This document shows, one piece after another, positions 14,148 to 27,400 of a DNA stretch of 64,000 nucleotides. This DNA is from Eledone cirrhosa (taxonomy: Eukaryota): assembly GCA_964016885.1 (NCBI GenBank), contig OZ024752.1, forward strand, positions 12,028,001 to 12,092,000. The letters are read 5' to 3'. The position numbers were made by a program, and so were the translations under genes. Under the pieces are notes generated by a model. It ran no database searches and was not told where the DNA came from. It saw only the letters and a program-made list of their open reading frames with translations. Numbering within the stretch: position 1 is the first letter of the stretch; the number at the start of each line of letters is the position of its first letter.

Positions 14148-15597
14148 ACCAGTGGCTTTTTAGTCCAGCCAGCGACTTGAAAACTCTGGTACAAACACTA
14201 CACTTGTGACAATTATTGACACCTAGTGCTGGGTCCATGGTACCATGTGACCCAAGGTGTCGTGTGAGATTACTACTCAACCTGCATACCCTTCCACAAA
14301 CATTACATGTCGTCGTCTGATGAACACTTATAGTTCCACAGGTGCCTGCTTCCCTCTTCTTGTGCACTCTCAGGTGACTCTTTAGACCTGCCATGCTCAG
14401 ACAAACCCTATTACAGGTCTCACATGTCAGGTCAGGCCGTCTGTCAGTGCCTTCGGGAAGGCCAACATGGATTCCTTTCCGGACATCTCTTTTTAGTGTC
14501 GCGTGCCTTCTTCTTGTTTCCTCAAATAGACTCTTGCCATTACCCACTACTTTCCTCCAATGCGATCGGTCGCTAGCGCATGCTTCCCAGTGCCCACAAG
14601 GGATGTTACTTTTCTTGAGTGCCCCTTGATGCAGTCCTTAAAACGCATCTTGGGTTTGCTCGCGTTCCTTTTCCCCATTTGGAGCTCGCCATAAAGCAGC
14701 TGCTTCGGCATTCGCTTGTCATTCATCCTTACAAGATGGCCTGTCCAGCGCAGCTGATGTTTCAAAATCAAGGACTCGACACTATCACAGCCACTTCTGT
14801 CCAGAACCTCGACGTCACTGACAAACATTTGCCAAGTTATGCCGAGGATCCGACATAAGCAGTACTGGTGGAACCTCTCAAGTCGCTTCATCTGTCTACG
14901 GTAGACCACCCACGTCTCATAAGCATAAAGAAGTGCCGCGAGCACACACTCATGATACACTATGAGCTTTGTCTTTACCGAAATTCCGTGTTGAGACCAG
15001 AGACGCTTGTTCAGTTTTCCAAAAGCATCACTGGCTTTCTGTATCCTGTTTGATATTTCCCCATCAAGATCGCAGGACATACTCAGAGTGCTTCCAAGAT
15101 ATACAAAACTGCCAACGACCCTTAGCCTTTCACCATAAACCAAGATGTTGGGCTCACAACATGGCTTCCCAGGGGCTGGTTGGTACATGGCTACTGTCTT
15201 TTTCAGGCTTATGGTAAGTCCCAATGCAGTACACGCATTAGAAAATGCATCCATGAGATGCTGCATATCAATCTCAGTGTGCGCTACCAGGTCACAGTCA
15301 TCTGCATAAAGCAAATCCCTGATTAGTGACAAGTGACTTAGCATTGAACCTCCTGATATTAAACAGCTTTCCAGTTGATCGATAGCGAACATATATACCA
15401 TGATTGCAGTTCCCGAAGGCCTGTTCGAAGACAATGGAGAAGTACAAAGCAAAGAGCGTTGGAGCTGGAATGTCACCCTGTTTGACTCCATTCTCAACCG
15501 TCACCAGGTCAGAGAGCTTTCCACCAACATTTACCCATGCCTTCATGTTATCATGAAACAAACGCAAAATGGAAACAAACTTCTCAGGGCACCCCAG
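14148..15597 (-). mobile_element. RTE-clade LINE ORF2 fragment (RT plus C2H2 zinc fingers), frameshifted
   Basis: GVKQG..APTLF, LLYADDCDL, FVYLGS, LRWTGHLVRM..RMPKQLLYGEL and C-terminal CxxC...HxxxH repeats. Confidence 0.92.
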
Positions 15598-15609
15598 TGT
15601 GTGTATGTG

Positions 15610-15661
<52 letters not shown>

Positions 15662-15666
15662 CATAT

Positions 15667-15701
<35 letters not shown>

Positions 15702-15744
15702 AATATATACACATACAAATATATATATATATACACACACACAT

Positions 15745-15791
<47 letters not shown>

Positions 15792-15818
15792 TACACATAC
15801 ATACACATATATATATAT

Positions 15819-15858
<40 letters not shown>

Positions 15859-15861
<3 letters not shown>

Positions 15862-16407
15862 TAAATTTAGTCCTTCATCAGTGATCTCCCAACCTTCATT
15901 GGTATTTCAGCGCTTTAAAGACCATATACCTCCGGTTGGTGCGAGGAACGGCTAAAGAAAGTCGTTGGGACACGTAAATAGGGGGAACGAGCGAGACAGT
16001 AAACAATCAAAGATGGTAATGCAACGAAAAGTGAGGAAGAAGGAGTCAAGTCCCTGAAATCGATGAACATAAGTTCTGTGAAATCGGAGACGAGAGAGAA
16101 TAAAGACCATACGACCTGGTCAAAGTGTGCGTGAGGAAAGAATCTCGCACAGGTCAAACGGGAGGAAGTAGGAGAGGGAGTAGGAGAGGGAGTAGCAGAG
16201 AGTGAGTGAGTGAGTGAAAGTGTGAGGAAGAGGCTAACAGAGAGAGTGACTGTTAGAGGAGGTAAAAGGAAGTGAGAGATACAGAGAAAAGGGGAAGCAG
16301 TAAGAAAGAAGCAGACGGGTCATAGCGGAGAAAATTATATATGAATATGAAAACATGGCGTGGTTGCAAATGGGTTATATATGAATAAATTTAGTCCATC
16401 ATCAGTG

Positions 16408-16472
<65 letters not shown>

Positions 16473-16580
16473 AACATGGGGAGAAGAATACTGCATGGTT
16501 GCACATGGATTACATATTATAAAATTAGTCCCTCATCAGTCATTTGCCAACCATCATTGGTATTTCATCGCATTATACGT
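15859..16580 (-). mobile_element. Unclassified (TA)n-inserted element, about 520-bp unit with terminal redundancy, plus a diverged relative
   Basis: GAATAAATTTAGTCC(T/A)TCATCAGTGATC at 15859 and 16383; related copy at 16467-16577. Confidence 0.5.
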
Positions 16581-16602
16581 ATATATATATATATATATAT
16601 AC

Positions 16603-16656
<54 letters not shown>

Positions 16657-17100
16657 GTGTGTATAATGGTAGCTATGGTGCTTCCATAGGCGGTATGTCA
16701 AAATTAGCACTCAATATTCATACAGAGCAGAGTGTGGATAGTATAAAAAAACGAAAAATCAGTGATGCATCTGGACTCAGTTTATTGCGTGTTACAATTG
16801 TTTCGCCGGCAGGTAGCTCGAGACATGATCACTGTATGGATCTGGCTGATTCTACGGCTGCAGGTTCCTTCGGACACAGGTAATTCGTTCGGAGCAAATG
16901 TTCTCACTGGGGTGTTATCGTAAAAAAAAACACCTTCAAAAAACATTTTCCACTCTGTCATGCCATTGGCTGTTGTTATTCTACGTCATCTTAAATTCTG
17001 GTCACTATTTACTGCTATACGGGTCATCAGCCATTTTCCGCCCGACACAATGGAGCCATGCTGGGTTTGGTATCTCACACGTCTGTTCACACTCCAGAGT
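16657..17100 (-). mobile_element. PLE-type end family with variant HHR (16789-16877); copies at 22015-22175 (-) and 50935-51303 (+)
   Basis: Three diverged homologous copies adjacent to (TA)n; GTGT-C(C/T)GA..GA...GAAA-CA(A/T)TTG-TA-ACAC. Confidence 0.7.
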
Positions 17101-17885
17101 ATGTACCCACACATACACGCACACATATACACACACACGGGCAGGCACAGACACATGCATGCATACACATATGTACGCATACATGTGTAGACACACACAC
17201 CCCCATGCACATATATACACGCATACACTCTCCCTCTCTTCCATAAACCCAGGCACACCCACATCCACATACCAACCGTCACATGCCTATTGGCGCCTGC
17301 CTGAACAGCGCCATACAACCGGTCTCACACATGCGCAGACACACACGTCCACTCATACAAAGACACATATCGGCGTTCAGGCACATCAGCACATATATAC
17401 ACAAACACTCTCATACACATACATGGATACACACTCACATACACGCATATCCTTATGGATAGGCATCAAAGACAGACACACTTCCAAAGACATAAGCACA
17501 CATACATACACATACACACACCTATACATATATGTGTACACACAAGTACATGTACCCGTATATAAACACATAGACAAACCCTGTCCTATGTGGGTGTACG
17601 TACCCGCCAACACACACACACACACACTGACAGATACACATACCATATATATATCTATATCTATATATGTGTGTATACATAGAAACACACACATAAACAC
17701 ACGCATGCAGACACACACGTACACACATATGCATATATGTATACGCACACATACATACACATACACATGTACACACGCACATACACATACATACTTATAC
17801 GCACATATGTCTATGTGTACATACACCCACGCAAACATACACATATACACACACATACGCGCGCACATATACCTACGCATAACCT

Positions 17886-17920
<35 letters not shown>

Positions 17921-17927
<7 letters not shown>

Positions 17928-18549
17928 GAAACACACAGATACATGCGGACACACACATATATACATGAATGCATCCGCACCCAACTGTGAGTTAAGGGTG
18001 CCAACTTCACCGATGTTGCTCAATGAATGACTGGGACAGACCAATTCAGTTTGAACCAGACTGAACCAGTATCAGAGTTAAAAATACATTATGAAGAGAG
18101 AAGAAACCTTTAGATATAATTAGTAATAAAATGTATCATACCTAAACTGTTCCTAAATTCCTCGACTACGTAGTTTCGTGGCATAAACAAAAACAATATA
18201 TCAAAGATATAGAGTCCTTGCGAGGTCTGCCGACTTATCAAGAGGATACCTCATTTTACTAGTCTCAAGAACGCGTCTACACGACGTGAGAAAGAATCCC
18301 AAAAGGCGGAGGGGGAGACAGTCACGCGATATAACGGTCGAGAAACAGAGCTAAGCCTCTTATAACCACGAAGAAAATACCACGGAGGCGGAGGGGGTAT
18401 TCATATCGAGGCCGTAGAAGAGGTAGTGAAGAAGGCGAGAAGTATGAGTAATGGAAGCTTTCCAGTTGTCCCCACACTTCAAAGATTGCTCGACCAGAGG
18501 GAGTTATTAATATATTTAGAAACACACAGATACATGCGGACACACACAC

Positions 18550-18560
<11 letters not shown>
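17921..18560 (-). mobile_element. Dispersed copy of the 591-bp HHR element with about 45-bp terminal redundancy
   Basis: ATATTTAGAAACACACAGATACATGCGGAC at 17921 and 18512; near-identical to 6647-7258. Confidence 0.9.
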
Positions 18561-18622
<62 letters not shown>

Positions 18623-18843
18623 AAATACACATACGTACACCTAACTATACACACACATACATACACACACATATATATAAAAAAAAACCTACATGCATAC
18701 GCACACCCACATATATACATACATATATACATGCACACATATATACATGTACATACATATACATACGCACACGGAATGCCACATGCACACACATGCACAT
18801 ATGCATATTTGCTTACACACACACGCTTCCACATATACATATA

Positions 18844-19298
18844 CTAGCAGATGTACCCGGCGTTGCTCGGGAAATGAATGACACCCTGTTTGTCCGTATA
18901 AAGAGAGCCAAAGGTTGAGCCAAGAATTGAAATGTAATTGTAAAAAAAAGGTTTAACAAAATGGGTGTACAGTGACATGATTGAGTGAAATAAACGGCAA
19001 CATAAAAACAATTCATGGGGTAGCTTGAGTTAATTGACGTGAATGATTTCAGGTCCGGCCTTGCTGTAGTAGGTATGAGTAAGGGGATAAAGATGGAATA
19101 GACGCACCGTATGTCCTTCAGTAGACTAAACCCTATGCGTAAGATGGCGGTGCCACTACCATATTGACCATCCACTGGACATAGAAATATCTTGAAGCAA
19201 ATCGGCCTAGTACTTCAAAAGTTAAAAGGAGCCTAGTATTTGTACACAGACAGACAGATACACACACACACAGATCGACTTGCTTTTATATATATAGA
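18844..19298 (-). mobile_element. Non-autonomous Helitron
   Basis: 5' TCTATATATATAAAAGC; 3' hairpin CCCGAGCAACGCCGGG followed by CTAG|T. Confidence 0.85.
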
Positions 19299-19929
19299 CT
19301 AGCTGAATGACCCGGCGTTGCCCGGGTTACTGCTGCTTTTATTCAGATTAGGAAACAATAAATATGAAGAATTTTTTTTCTCATATTCACTTTACATAAA
19401 ATATGTCAAAGTTGTAATGATAATAGAATTTAGAAATGAAAATCTCTTCAACCCGGTTTTACCATCTTCTTTTCTCAACCAAGAAACCAACAAAAATCAC
19501 AAAAAGGGAACACAAAAAAATATATATATATTAAGAATAGCAAACAGAAATCGTAATAAATTTTCTGTCGAAAACAAAAAACAGTTTTTTTTTAACGGAT
19601 GATAAAGTACTGTAAAGTTGTTGGAAGAGCCTGATAGAATGAGATGAGCAACAGCCAGAAGCACAGCAGCAGCAGTATTTCGAACTGTCCACCATTTAGG
19701 GTCGTAATCTTCAGTTTCGATATCAGATTTATGAGAGAGGTATATCGTGAATTATTGAGTTTTATCGATTTTTTTACGTAATTGGGGATCAATTTTAAAT
19801 ATATAAATTCTGCCTGACCTAATTGAAGCTATTTCGAATATTGATAAATAATTTTCCATTGAAGGAGGTGATTTTTTTAAATCGTATAGAAAAGGAACAT
19901 GCACACACACTCGCTTTTATAGATAATGA
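19299..19929 (-). mobile_element. Non-autonomous Helitron, head-to-tail with the previous one
   Basis: 3' CCCGGGCAACGCCGGG...CTAG directly abuts the TC start of the neighbour; 5' TC...TATAAAAGCG. Confidence 0.75.
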
Positions 19930-20014
19930 TATATATATCTGTATGTGAGTGTGTGTATGTGTTTGTATATATATAAACTCTTTTTGTGTTAAATCATCTC
20001 AGTGGTAATGCACG

Positions 20015-20990
20015 TTACAGGACCTCTTTGTAGACTATGTTGCGGGTCATACCGTTGGGTGTGTATGAAAAAAGGGAGTCCTTACTCCCAACTCGCGAGC
20101 AGGCAACATAAAGTTGGCCATGAGCAAAGCAGGGCTCTTTTAGATGAATGCCCGCCACGGACAAAGTTTGACCCTGAGATTTGTTTATGGTGATCGCGAA
20201 GCAGGGCCTTACGGGAAACTGATGTCGCCTAAAACCTATCGGGATGTCCGTGGTCGAAGGTTGGATGCTTAGCCTTGGAATCATGACGGTCTCACCTTTA
20301 CCACAACCAGTTAAAATGGTTGCTTCAATGAGATGGTTCGTCATTGATTTGACTACCATTCGAGTGCCGTTGCACTGTTTTGGGGGGCGCATGTTACGCA
20401 TAAGCATAATCGGACTGCCGACCTTGAGCTTCAGGATGTGGGGTGGGAGACCTGGGGGGTCAAGGCTATTCAAAATCTCTACTGGGTAATCCGTCGCCTC
20501 CTGTGGATCGGTGACGCGGTCTATAGACTTAAAAATTTTCTCTTGGGCTGGAATCTTGCCGAGTAGCTCTTCGTTGAGAGCATTAACAGCAGAGTTTTTT
20601 GGGGCTAGGATGGCTCTTGAACTAAGCCAATCTAAGTTAGTGTAGTTAACCTGTAGGTTTGGAAAACAGCTTCTAAAAGGGCCTGAGGACTGTCAACTGT
20701 ATTACTGACAGATGCCAGCGACACCCCACCGTTTTCGTTGGAAGGAAGTCGGCCTTCCCCTATAGCTAGGATGGCCTGGCCGAATTCAGCAGACGTGCTG
20801 TCCCCGAGCAACTGCGCCCGCATGTTAACGCTCAGGCGGAGTGTCCGAACGATAGGCCAAAGCGTCGACGACTTCAAGCATGCGCAGACTTCATCAGCCC
20901 TTGTCCCATTGGGGATAACAGGCAGCGTTTGCCTGAAGTCACCCGAAAGCAGTAAAGTCACGCCACCCAAGGGTGCCGAGGAGTTCGGCC
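20015..20990 (-). pseudogene. Helitron RepHel fragment (PIF1-family helicase C-terminus), frameshifted
   Basis: GDFRQTLPV, LKVGSPIMLMRN, CNGTR, QFPVRPCFAITINKSQGQTL, HGQLYVACSRV, TRNIVYKEVL. Confidence 0.92.
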
Positions 20991-21029
20991 ATATATATAC
21001 ATATACATACACACACACACATACACAGA

Positions 21030-21103
<74 letters not shown>

Positions 21104-21524
21104 GCCCTCACCTCTTTCTTTTCTTTCCCTTACCTTTGTGTGTGAATGTGTTTGTAGACACCTGAATTATAGCTTAAGAGAAACTTGACAAAAGACGTTT
21201 ATAGAATTGACAAAAAACGTTTATAGAATTCCCCTCTCTTTAAACACATCGACGCTCACCCATCGTATAAACATAGTTTATACAACTTGTTTATACAATT
21301 CTTTCGGCCGTTGTCACTCTAAATATAGATTATAGCTTTAAAGAATTAGCTTTGAATGAATTTCGTTTTCTTTCAACCAGAGATATATATGTGTGTGTAT
21401 GTGTATATATATATATGTGTGTATATATACATACACATGAAACAGGTAAACGGAAACAACAAAGAAACAACACAGTACAATGAAGAAATATATTAGCTTA
21501 ACGTTTGATATGATAAGAAAAGTG

Positions 21525-21560
21525 TTTTTACGTTTCATGCAGCAGTCCTTCATCAGAAAA
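21525..21560 (-). ncRNA. Minimal hammerhead ribozyme with degraded stem II
   Basis: TTTT-CTGATGA-AGGACTGCTGCAT-GAAA-CG-TA-AAAA. Confidence 0.55.
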
Positions 21561-21659
21561 TAGAATGAGAAATAAAAGGTGATATAGAAAAATAGCATAT
21601 GAGAAGACGGAAAGAAGGAAAAAAATACGTGCGTATTCAGTTCAGCCATTTTTGGAGAA

Positions 21660-21727
<68 letters not shown>

Positions 21728-21794
21728 ACACACATATATATATACACACACATACATACTCACATACATATACACAGATACATACATACACACA

Positions 21795-21905
<111 letters not shown>

Positions 21906-22219
21906 GTGGTTACACAACAGTTAGTTCACCATACCGAGAACAATTGTTTCACCTTTGCGGATCTTCAGCTCGGGATGTGTATGGTTATGTGTATATTTAT
22001 ATATATATATATATATAATAAAACAAAAAATCAGTGATGCATCTGAACTCAATTTAATGTGTGTTACAATTGTTTCGCCGGAAGACAGCTCATCGTATGG
22101 ATCTGTCTGATTCTGGACCTGCAGGTTCGTCGGACACTTGCAATAATTTCGGAACAAATTTTCTCACTGATTTTTCGTTTTATATTATGTGTATATATAT
22201 TTATATATATATGTAAATA

Positions 22220-22287
<68 letters not shown>

Positions 22288-22410
22288 GGTAAATATTGAT
22301 GCAATTCAATTCAAGCACTCAACGTACTTTTTCCACATAGGAGTGACGGAGTAAATATCGAATAAGGAAAAGCGAAGTAGTTTCAGATGTTCAAGTCCTT
22401 TAATAATAAT

Positions 22411-22599
22411 TGTTTCTACTTTAGACACAAGGCTAGCAATTACCCAGTGCATTACTGGTACTTTATTTTATCGACCCCGTAAGGATGAAAGGCAAAGTCA
22501 ACCTCGGCGGGATTTGAACTCAGATCGTAAAGGGACGTAACTATGCTGGAAAGCATGGCGTCCGACCCTCTACCGATACTGCCAATCCACCGCCAATCT
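22411..22599 (-). mobile_element. SINE inserted into the HHR element, 17-bp TSD
   Basis: AGTCCTTTAATAATAAT at 22394-22410 and 22600-22616; the empty site is visible in the 23.9-kb copy. Confidence 0.95.
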
Positions 22600-22616
22600 A
22601 GTCCTTTAATAATAAT

Positions 22617-22690
22617 GCTGTGATATATATTTCAATGGCGACACTGTCCACACTGTTCTGTGTGCGAGTGTCGTGACATCATCAGACAGC
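22617..22690 (-). ncRNA. Type I hammerhead ribozyme
   Basis: GCTGT-CTGATGA-long stem II (CGACACT/AGTGTCG)-GAAA-TATATA-TC-ACAGC. Confidence 0.88.
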
Positions 22691-23922
22691 TTGTTACATA
22701 ATAAGGTTATGTTTCCGAGGCAATCCAAATTGAATCGACATGGGAACGGATGAAATGCGTGCTTTTGGGTTTATCACCCGTTCCCTGTGAGTACCAATTC
22801 ACCCCCACCGGTCTGCGCGTGCGCATGTCCGAAGGAAGTTGACCATTGTCTACCGCAGATTTTAACGAAATTCGCTTAGTCATTTCAGCCTCTCAGTGAC
22901 ACAATGGCCCGTACCATAGTTTACTGCTACCCATCACGACTGTGGTAGTCAGTCGAAAGCCAGAGGGGGTGGGAGAGTGTTAGTTTTTACAGGTCATAAT
23001 ACTACCTCTCACCTAGCGTGGACAGTACGACTGACCATCAACTCAAAGGGAAAATAAACTTAATTCTAAGTATCATGTTTTTACATTGTAAGTTTGAGTA
23101 GGAAATAAAAATTCAAGTCCTAAATTAAGTATCAGAAATTATAAATTAAACAATTAAAAAATTAACAATTAGTAATTAAAAGTTAGAAATTTTTTTCAAG
23201 TGAGAATTCGGATTGAGGTGAGTAAAAAAATATAGATTGAAGTGAGTAAATAATATGGAGAGAGATGTTTAAGTAAGAAGTTCTGAGAGGGGTTCTAGTG
23301 TCACAGTTACTCTATCCACATATTGAACGACAGTGCCGTACATTAGAACGGAGGGTAAACTACAGTATTCAAGGCATTAGTCAATCTGGTACACAGTCAT
23401 AATTTCCATCACATGGAACAATACCAAAGAAAAACAGACATAGAAGAAAAAATGCAAAAACACAGAGTACCAAAGAAAAACAGACATAGAAGAAAAAATA
23501 CAAAAACACAGAGTACATATATGCAAAATGATCCCTATGATGGTCAATCTGTCCATGTATATATTGAATTGAGGGGGCTTCTATTCATATGCGATTTGGT
23601 GCAGGGAAATAGAGGTTTATCTTATTTTTTGTTTCCGTGTATTTATCCTGCCGAAAGTCACTATTATGTCCGTCCAGTTTCAGGGGTTTCCATCCCCATG
23701 GTAGAGGGAATTTCCGGGGCACCTCATGGTTGGTTCCTCTCTTCTCCACCATATCGGTTACATCGTAAAGCGCTCAACTAAATGGAGCTAAATTATTAGG
23801 GTAAACATTGATGCAATTCAATTCAAGCACTCAACGTACTTTTTCCACATAGGAGTGACGGAGTAAATATCGAATAAGGAAAAGCGAAGTAGTTTCAGAT
23901 GTTCAAGTCCTTTAATAATAAT

Positions 23923-23996
23923 GCTGTGATATATATTTCAATGGCGACACTGGCCACACTGTTCTGTGTGCGAGTGTCGTGACATCATCAGACAGC
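23923..23996 (-). ncRNA. Type I hammerhead ribozyme (same family)
   Basis: Same layout as 22617-22690. Confidence 0.88.
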
Positions 23997-24316
23997 TTGT
24001 TACATAAGAAGGTTATGTTGCCGAGGCAATCCAAATTGAATCGACATGGGAACGGATGAAATGCGTGCTTTTGGGTTTATCACCCGTTCCCTGTGAGTAC
24101 CAATTCACCCCCACCGGTCTGCGCGTGCGCATGTCCGAAGGAAGTTGACCATTGGCTACCGCAGATTTTAGCTCCATTTTGTTTCTGTGTGTGTGTTGTA
24201 CGGGTGATGAGAAACGTGTCCCGCATGCGCAGACTGAGCACACAACACACACACAGAAACAAAATGGCGTACGACAGAACAAAGGAGAGGCACAAAAACA
24301 AAGAAAAGAATCCCCA

Positions 24317-24359
24317 GTCACTGAAGAGGTCACAGAATGTGTGACGAAAGAACTTTGAC
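24317..24359 (+). ncRNA. Minimal type I HHR in 5' pLTR
   Basis: GTCA-CTGAAGA-G-GTCACA/TGTGAC-GAAA-GAAC-TT-TGAC. Confidence 0.85.
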
Positions 24360-24463
24360 AATATATAAACAACTATCTGGTTGTGGAACCAACCAACCAA
24401 CCAGAAATTTATAAATTCCTAAATTTATAAATTTATTATAATAAATTGAAGTGAAAGCAACTG

Positions 24464-27400
24464 GTGCGTGTGTTTCTTATTGGCAACATGACCCTCCCAA
24501 AGTATAACAATATCGGTTTCAACACACGTTTTCAGCTAAAGAATCTTGCTAAACAAATTCAGAAACGAAATATCGTAAGCCTTAGCCAGGCTAACAAGAT
24601 ACTGAAAACCACCATGTTCTGTTGTCTACGAAAAACAATAACATCTCGACAACTACACTTCATAAAAGAATGTGCCTCGTCCCGAGTTTACACCAACACC
24701 ATCAACACCGATGTAAGAAGATTACAACTCACCAAAAAGCAAGCAGATAGGCTAAAACGAACACTAATTCTAAACATAAAAAAGATCTATATAGAATTAA
24801 GTCATCAAGAAAAACATAAGCGTAAACTAATACAAGAAATAACTAGGATCACCACACCAAGAGAGAAACTAATATTTATAAGCCTTATACGTCCTGAAGA
24901 ACAGTACATTGCTCAAGAATGTGATAAGCACTTTAACAAGAAACTAAAGTGGCTTAAGCAGATAAAGCTAAATCAGGATACTGTAAAGAATACCAATAGA
25001 TATCCCGACAAAATTGACGGTATAAATATGGCCGACACCTCATTAACAGATGAGTTCAACAACAACAACAACACAAATATATACGGCAACACGGCAATAG
25101 ATCCTGATGAATTATCTGTATTACTTCTACCACCGAAATTTGCGACATTCAAGAAGGTAAATATGATTAGTTGTCTGTCAGAAATAGAAAAATCATTTAC
25201 AAAATTACGTTGGAGCCTCAAAAACAAAAACAAAAACAAAAGTAACAACATACGCACACACATATACAACAACAACAGACACACAGACACAAACAACAAT
25301 AACAACACACACAACAATAATAACACACACGGAGACAACAACACACATCAACAACAACAACACACACACACATTCAATGCCTCTCACCACCACCACAATC
25401 TTAACAAACACACAGACACAGAAAACAAGTAATGACAGTAGCACAGAAATCACAGAAATAAGGGAAAGTAATAGGATTAAAAGGAGAAAGGAGACTATGG
25501 ACAAAGAAAATAACCAAGACGAACACACAGACACACAAAATAGAGTAGATAATAACAATGAGCCAGTGGTAATAATGACAGGAGTAATAATGAGAGACAT
25601 AGAAACGACCATGAGGCTGTTGGTGGAAATAGAAATAGAAACAACACAACTAACAATAACAATAGCACTAGTACACATAAAGCAGCAGCCTGCAACTCTA
25701 CTTTTTATAATCCCTCCGATAAGTCGTTCGACCTGCGACGAGCCCACTCCACGACTTTACCATTTAACAAACGCACGCAATTGCCGTCGCAGTTCGATGA
25801 ACAAACAGAAGCACAATTTAGTATAGCTAGATCCGAACTTAGAAATATTATAGAACAGTATAGCAAGAAGCATAATAGAATGGAGGCCCAGCAACTGGGA
25901 GAAAAATCTGCAAATGGCTTGCGTAAGCTCATGCAGCGCTCGCGTAATGGAGAGATAGCATGCTTTTCAACAGACAAGTCTGGCAGAATGTCGGTTGACA
26001 GCCTGCCAAACTACATCCAGGCAATGCAACCCCACATCACTAACACAAGAGAGGTAACACCACAGGAGCATGAGGATAGAGAAAAAGCCCTCAATGCCCA
26101 TATGGTGATGTGGACGAATATAATGCAGCCCAACAAAAGGACTGCCAACAACTTCCAGGCCTGGAACAATGACGTGCCGGCGTTGTATGGGCTTCGAAAA
26201 GACCATAAAACGGGCAGTGACCCTGTCACGGGACCACCAACACGGCCAGTTTGTGGAGCTAACATTGCTAGTAACTACAGACTGTCCTACTTCCTCTCCC
26301 TGATCATACGCCCCATCATTGAAATGTCCCCAGATATACGTGACAGCACGGGGCATCTCCTCAGCAGAATCAGCGAAAGTAACCGATCTAGGGACCTAAC
26401 AAACTGTATAATAGGTAGTATGGATGTTGTGTCCCTATATCCATCCATTGACGTGGATTTTGCTGTGGAGAAATGCGTAGAAATGATCAGTGAGAGCAAT
26501 GTTGAGTTCCGTGGGATTGATACCAGTGAGCTGGGACTCCTACTTCAACTTACCTATAGTAATAATTACCTAGACACATATGACTATGGCAACCTGTGCC
26601 CTACAAGACCAGCAAGAGGCAGACCACCTACCATTACCTCAATGGCCAAGAAAACCCACACAGAAAGATGGAACGGGTGGACCAGAGCCATACGGACACC
26701 CGAAAACCACGATGAAGTGAAGAAAATGATTGCACATGCGGTAGGGGCCAGCATAAAACTAACCCGTAAGGAACATATGTTCAAATTTAATGGAAAAACA
26801 TATGCCCAAGAGGAAGGAGCAGCCATTGGTGTTAGCATTGCAGGCGACATAGCTAACTTATTCATGGTATGGTGGGACAGTAGACTTAAACTTAAACTTA
26901 AAGAACAATTAGAAGAACCCTTAGCCTTGATAATGTACTCCCGCTACGTTGATGATATAAACAACGTAGTTAAGACACCCCCACTAGAGAACAGCCAGGA
27001 ACTAGAGAAAAACACAATGGAAAGCATCCAGCAAATAGCTAACTCCATCCACCAGAGTATTAGAGTTACTATAGACTACCCAAGTAAACACCCCAACCAT
27101 CGATTACCTGTACTAGACACAGAGCTCTGGTTAGATACCATTAATAACAAAAAACAAATCCTCCATTCTCATTATGCCAAACCCATGACTTCCAAACATC
27201 TGATCCACCGAAACTCAGCTGTTTCGGACCATACCAAAATCAACATACTGATTGCGGATTTGGTACGGGTGATTAGAAACGTGTCCCGCATGTGCAACCC
27301 CGAAGAACTAGAGAGACACATACAACACTTCATCCACCGTATGCAGTTCTCTGGTTACAATCAGAGAGATAAAATCAGAGTGTATAGAGGAGCCAGAACC

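Larger units (their letters stand above)
22282..24169 (-). mobile_element. Non-coding HHR element, about 1.3-kb monomer plus repeated terminal segment
   Basis: ATTAGGGTAAA..TTGATGCAATTC block at 22282 and 23795; HHRs at 22617-22690 and 23923-23996; third copy at 43135-43497. Confidence 0.8.

Noticed and set aside
16898-17968. 356-aa His/Thr-rich ORF
   Set aside because: Degenerate (CA)n/(TA)n sequence spanning unrelated repeats.
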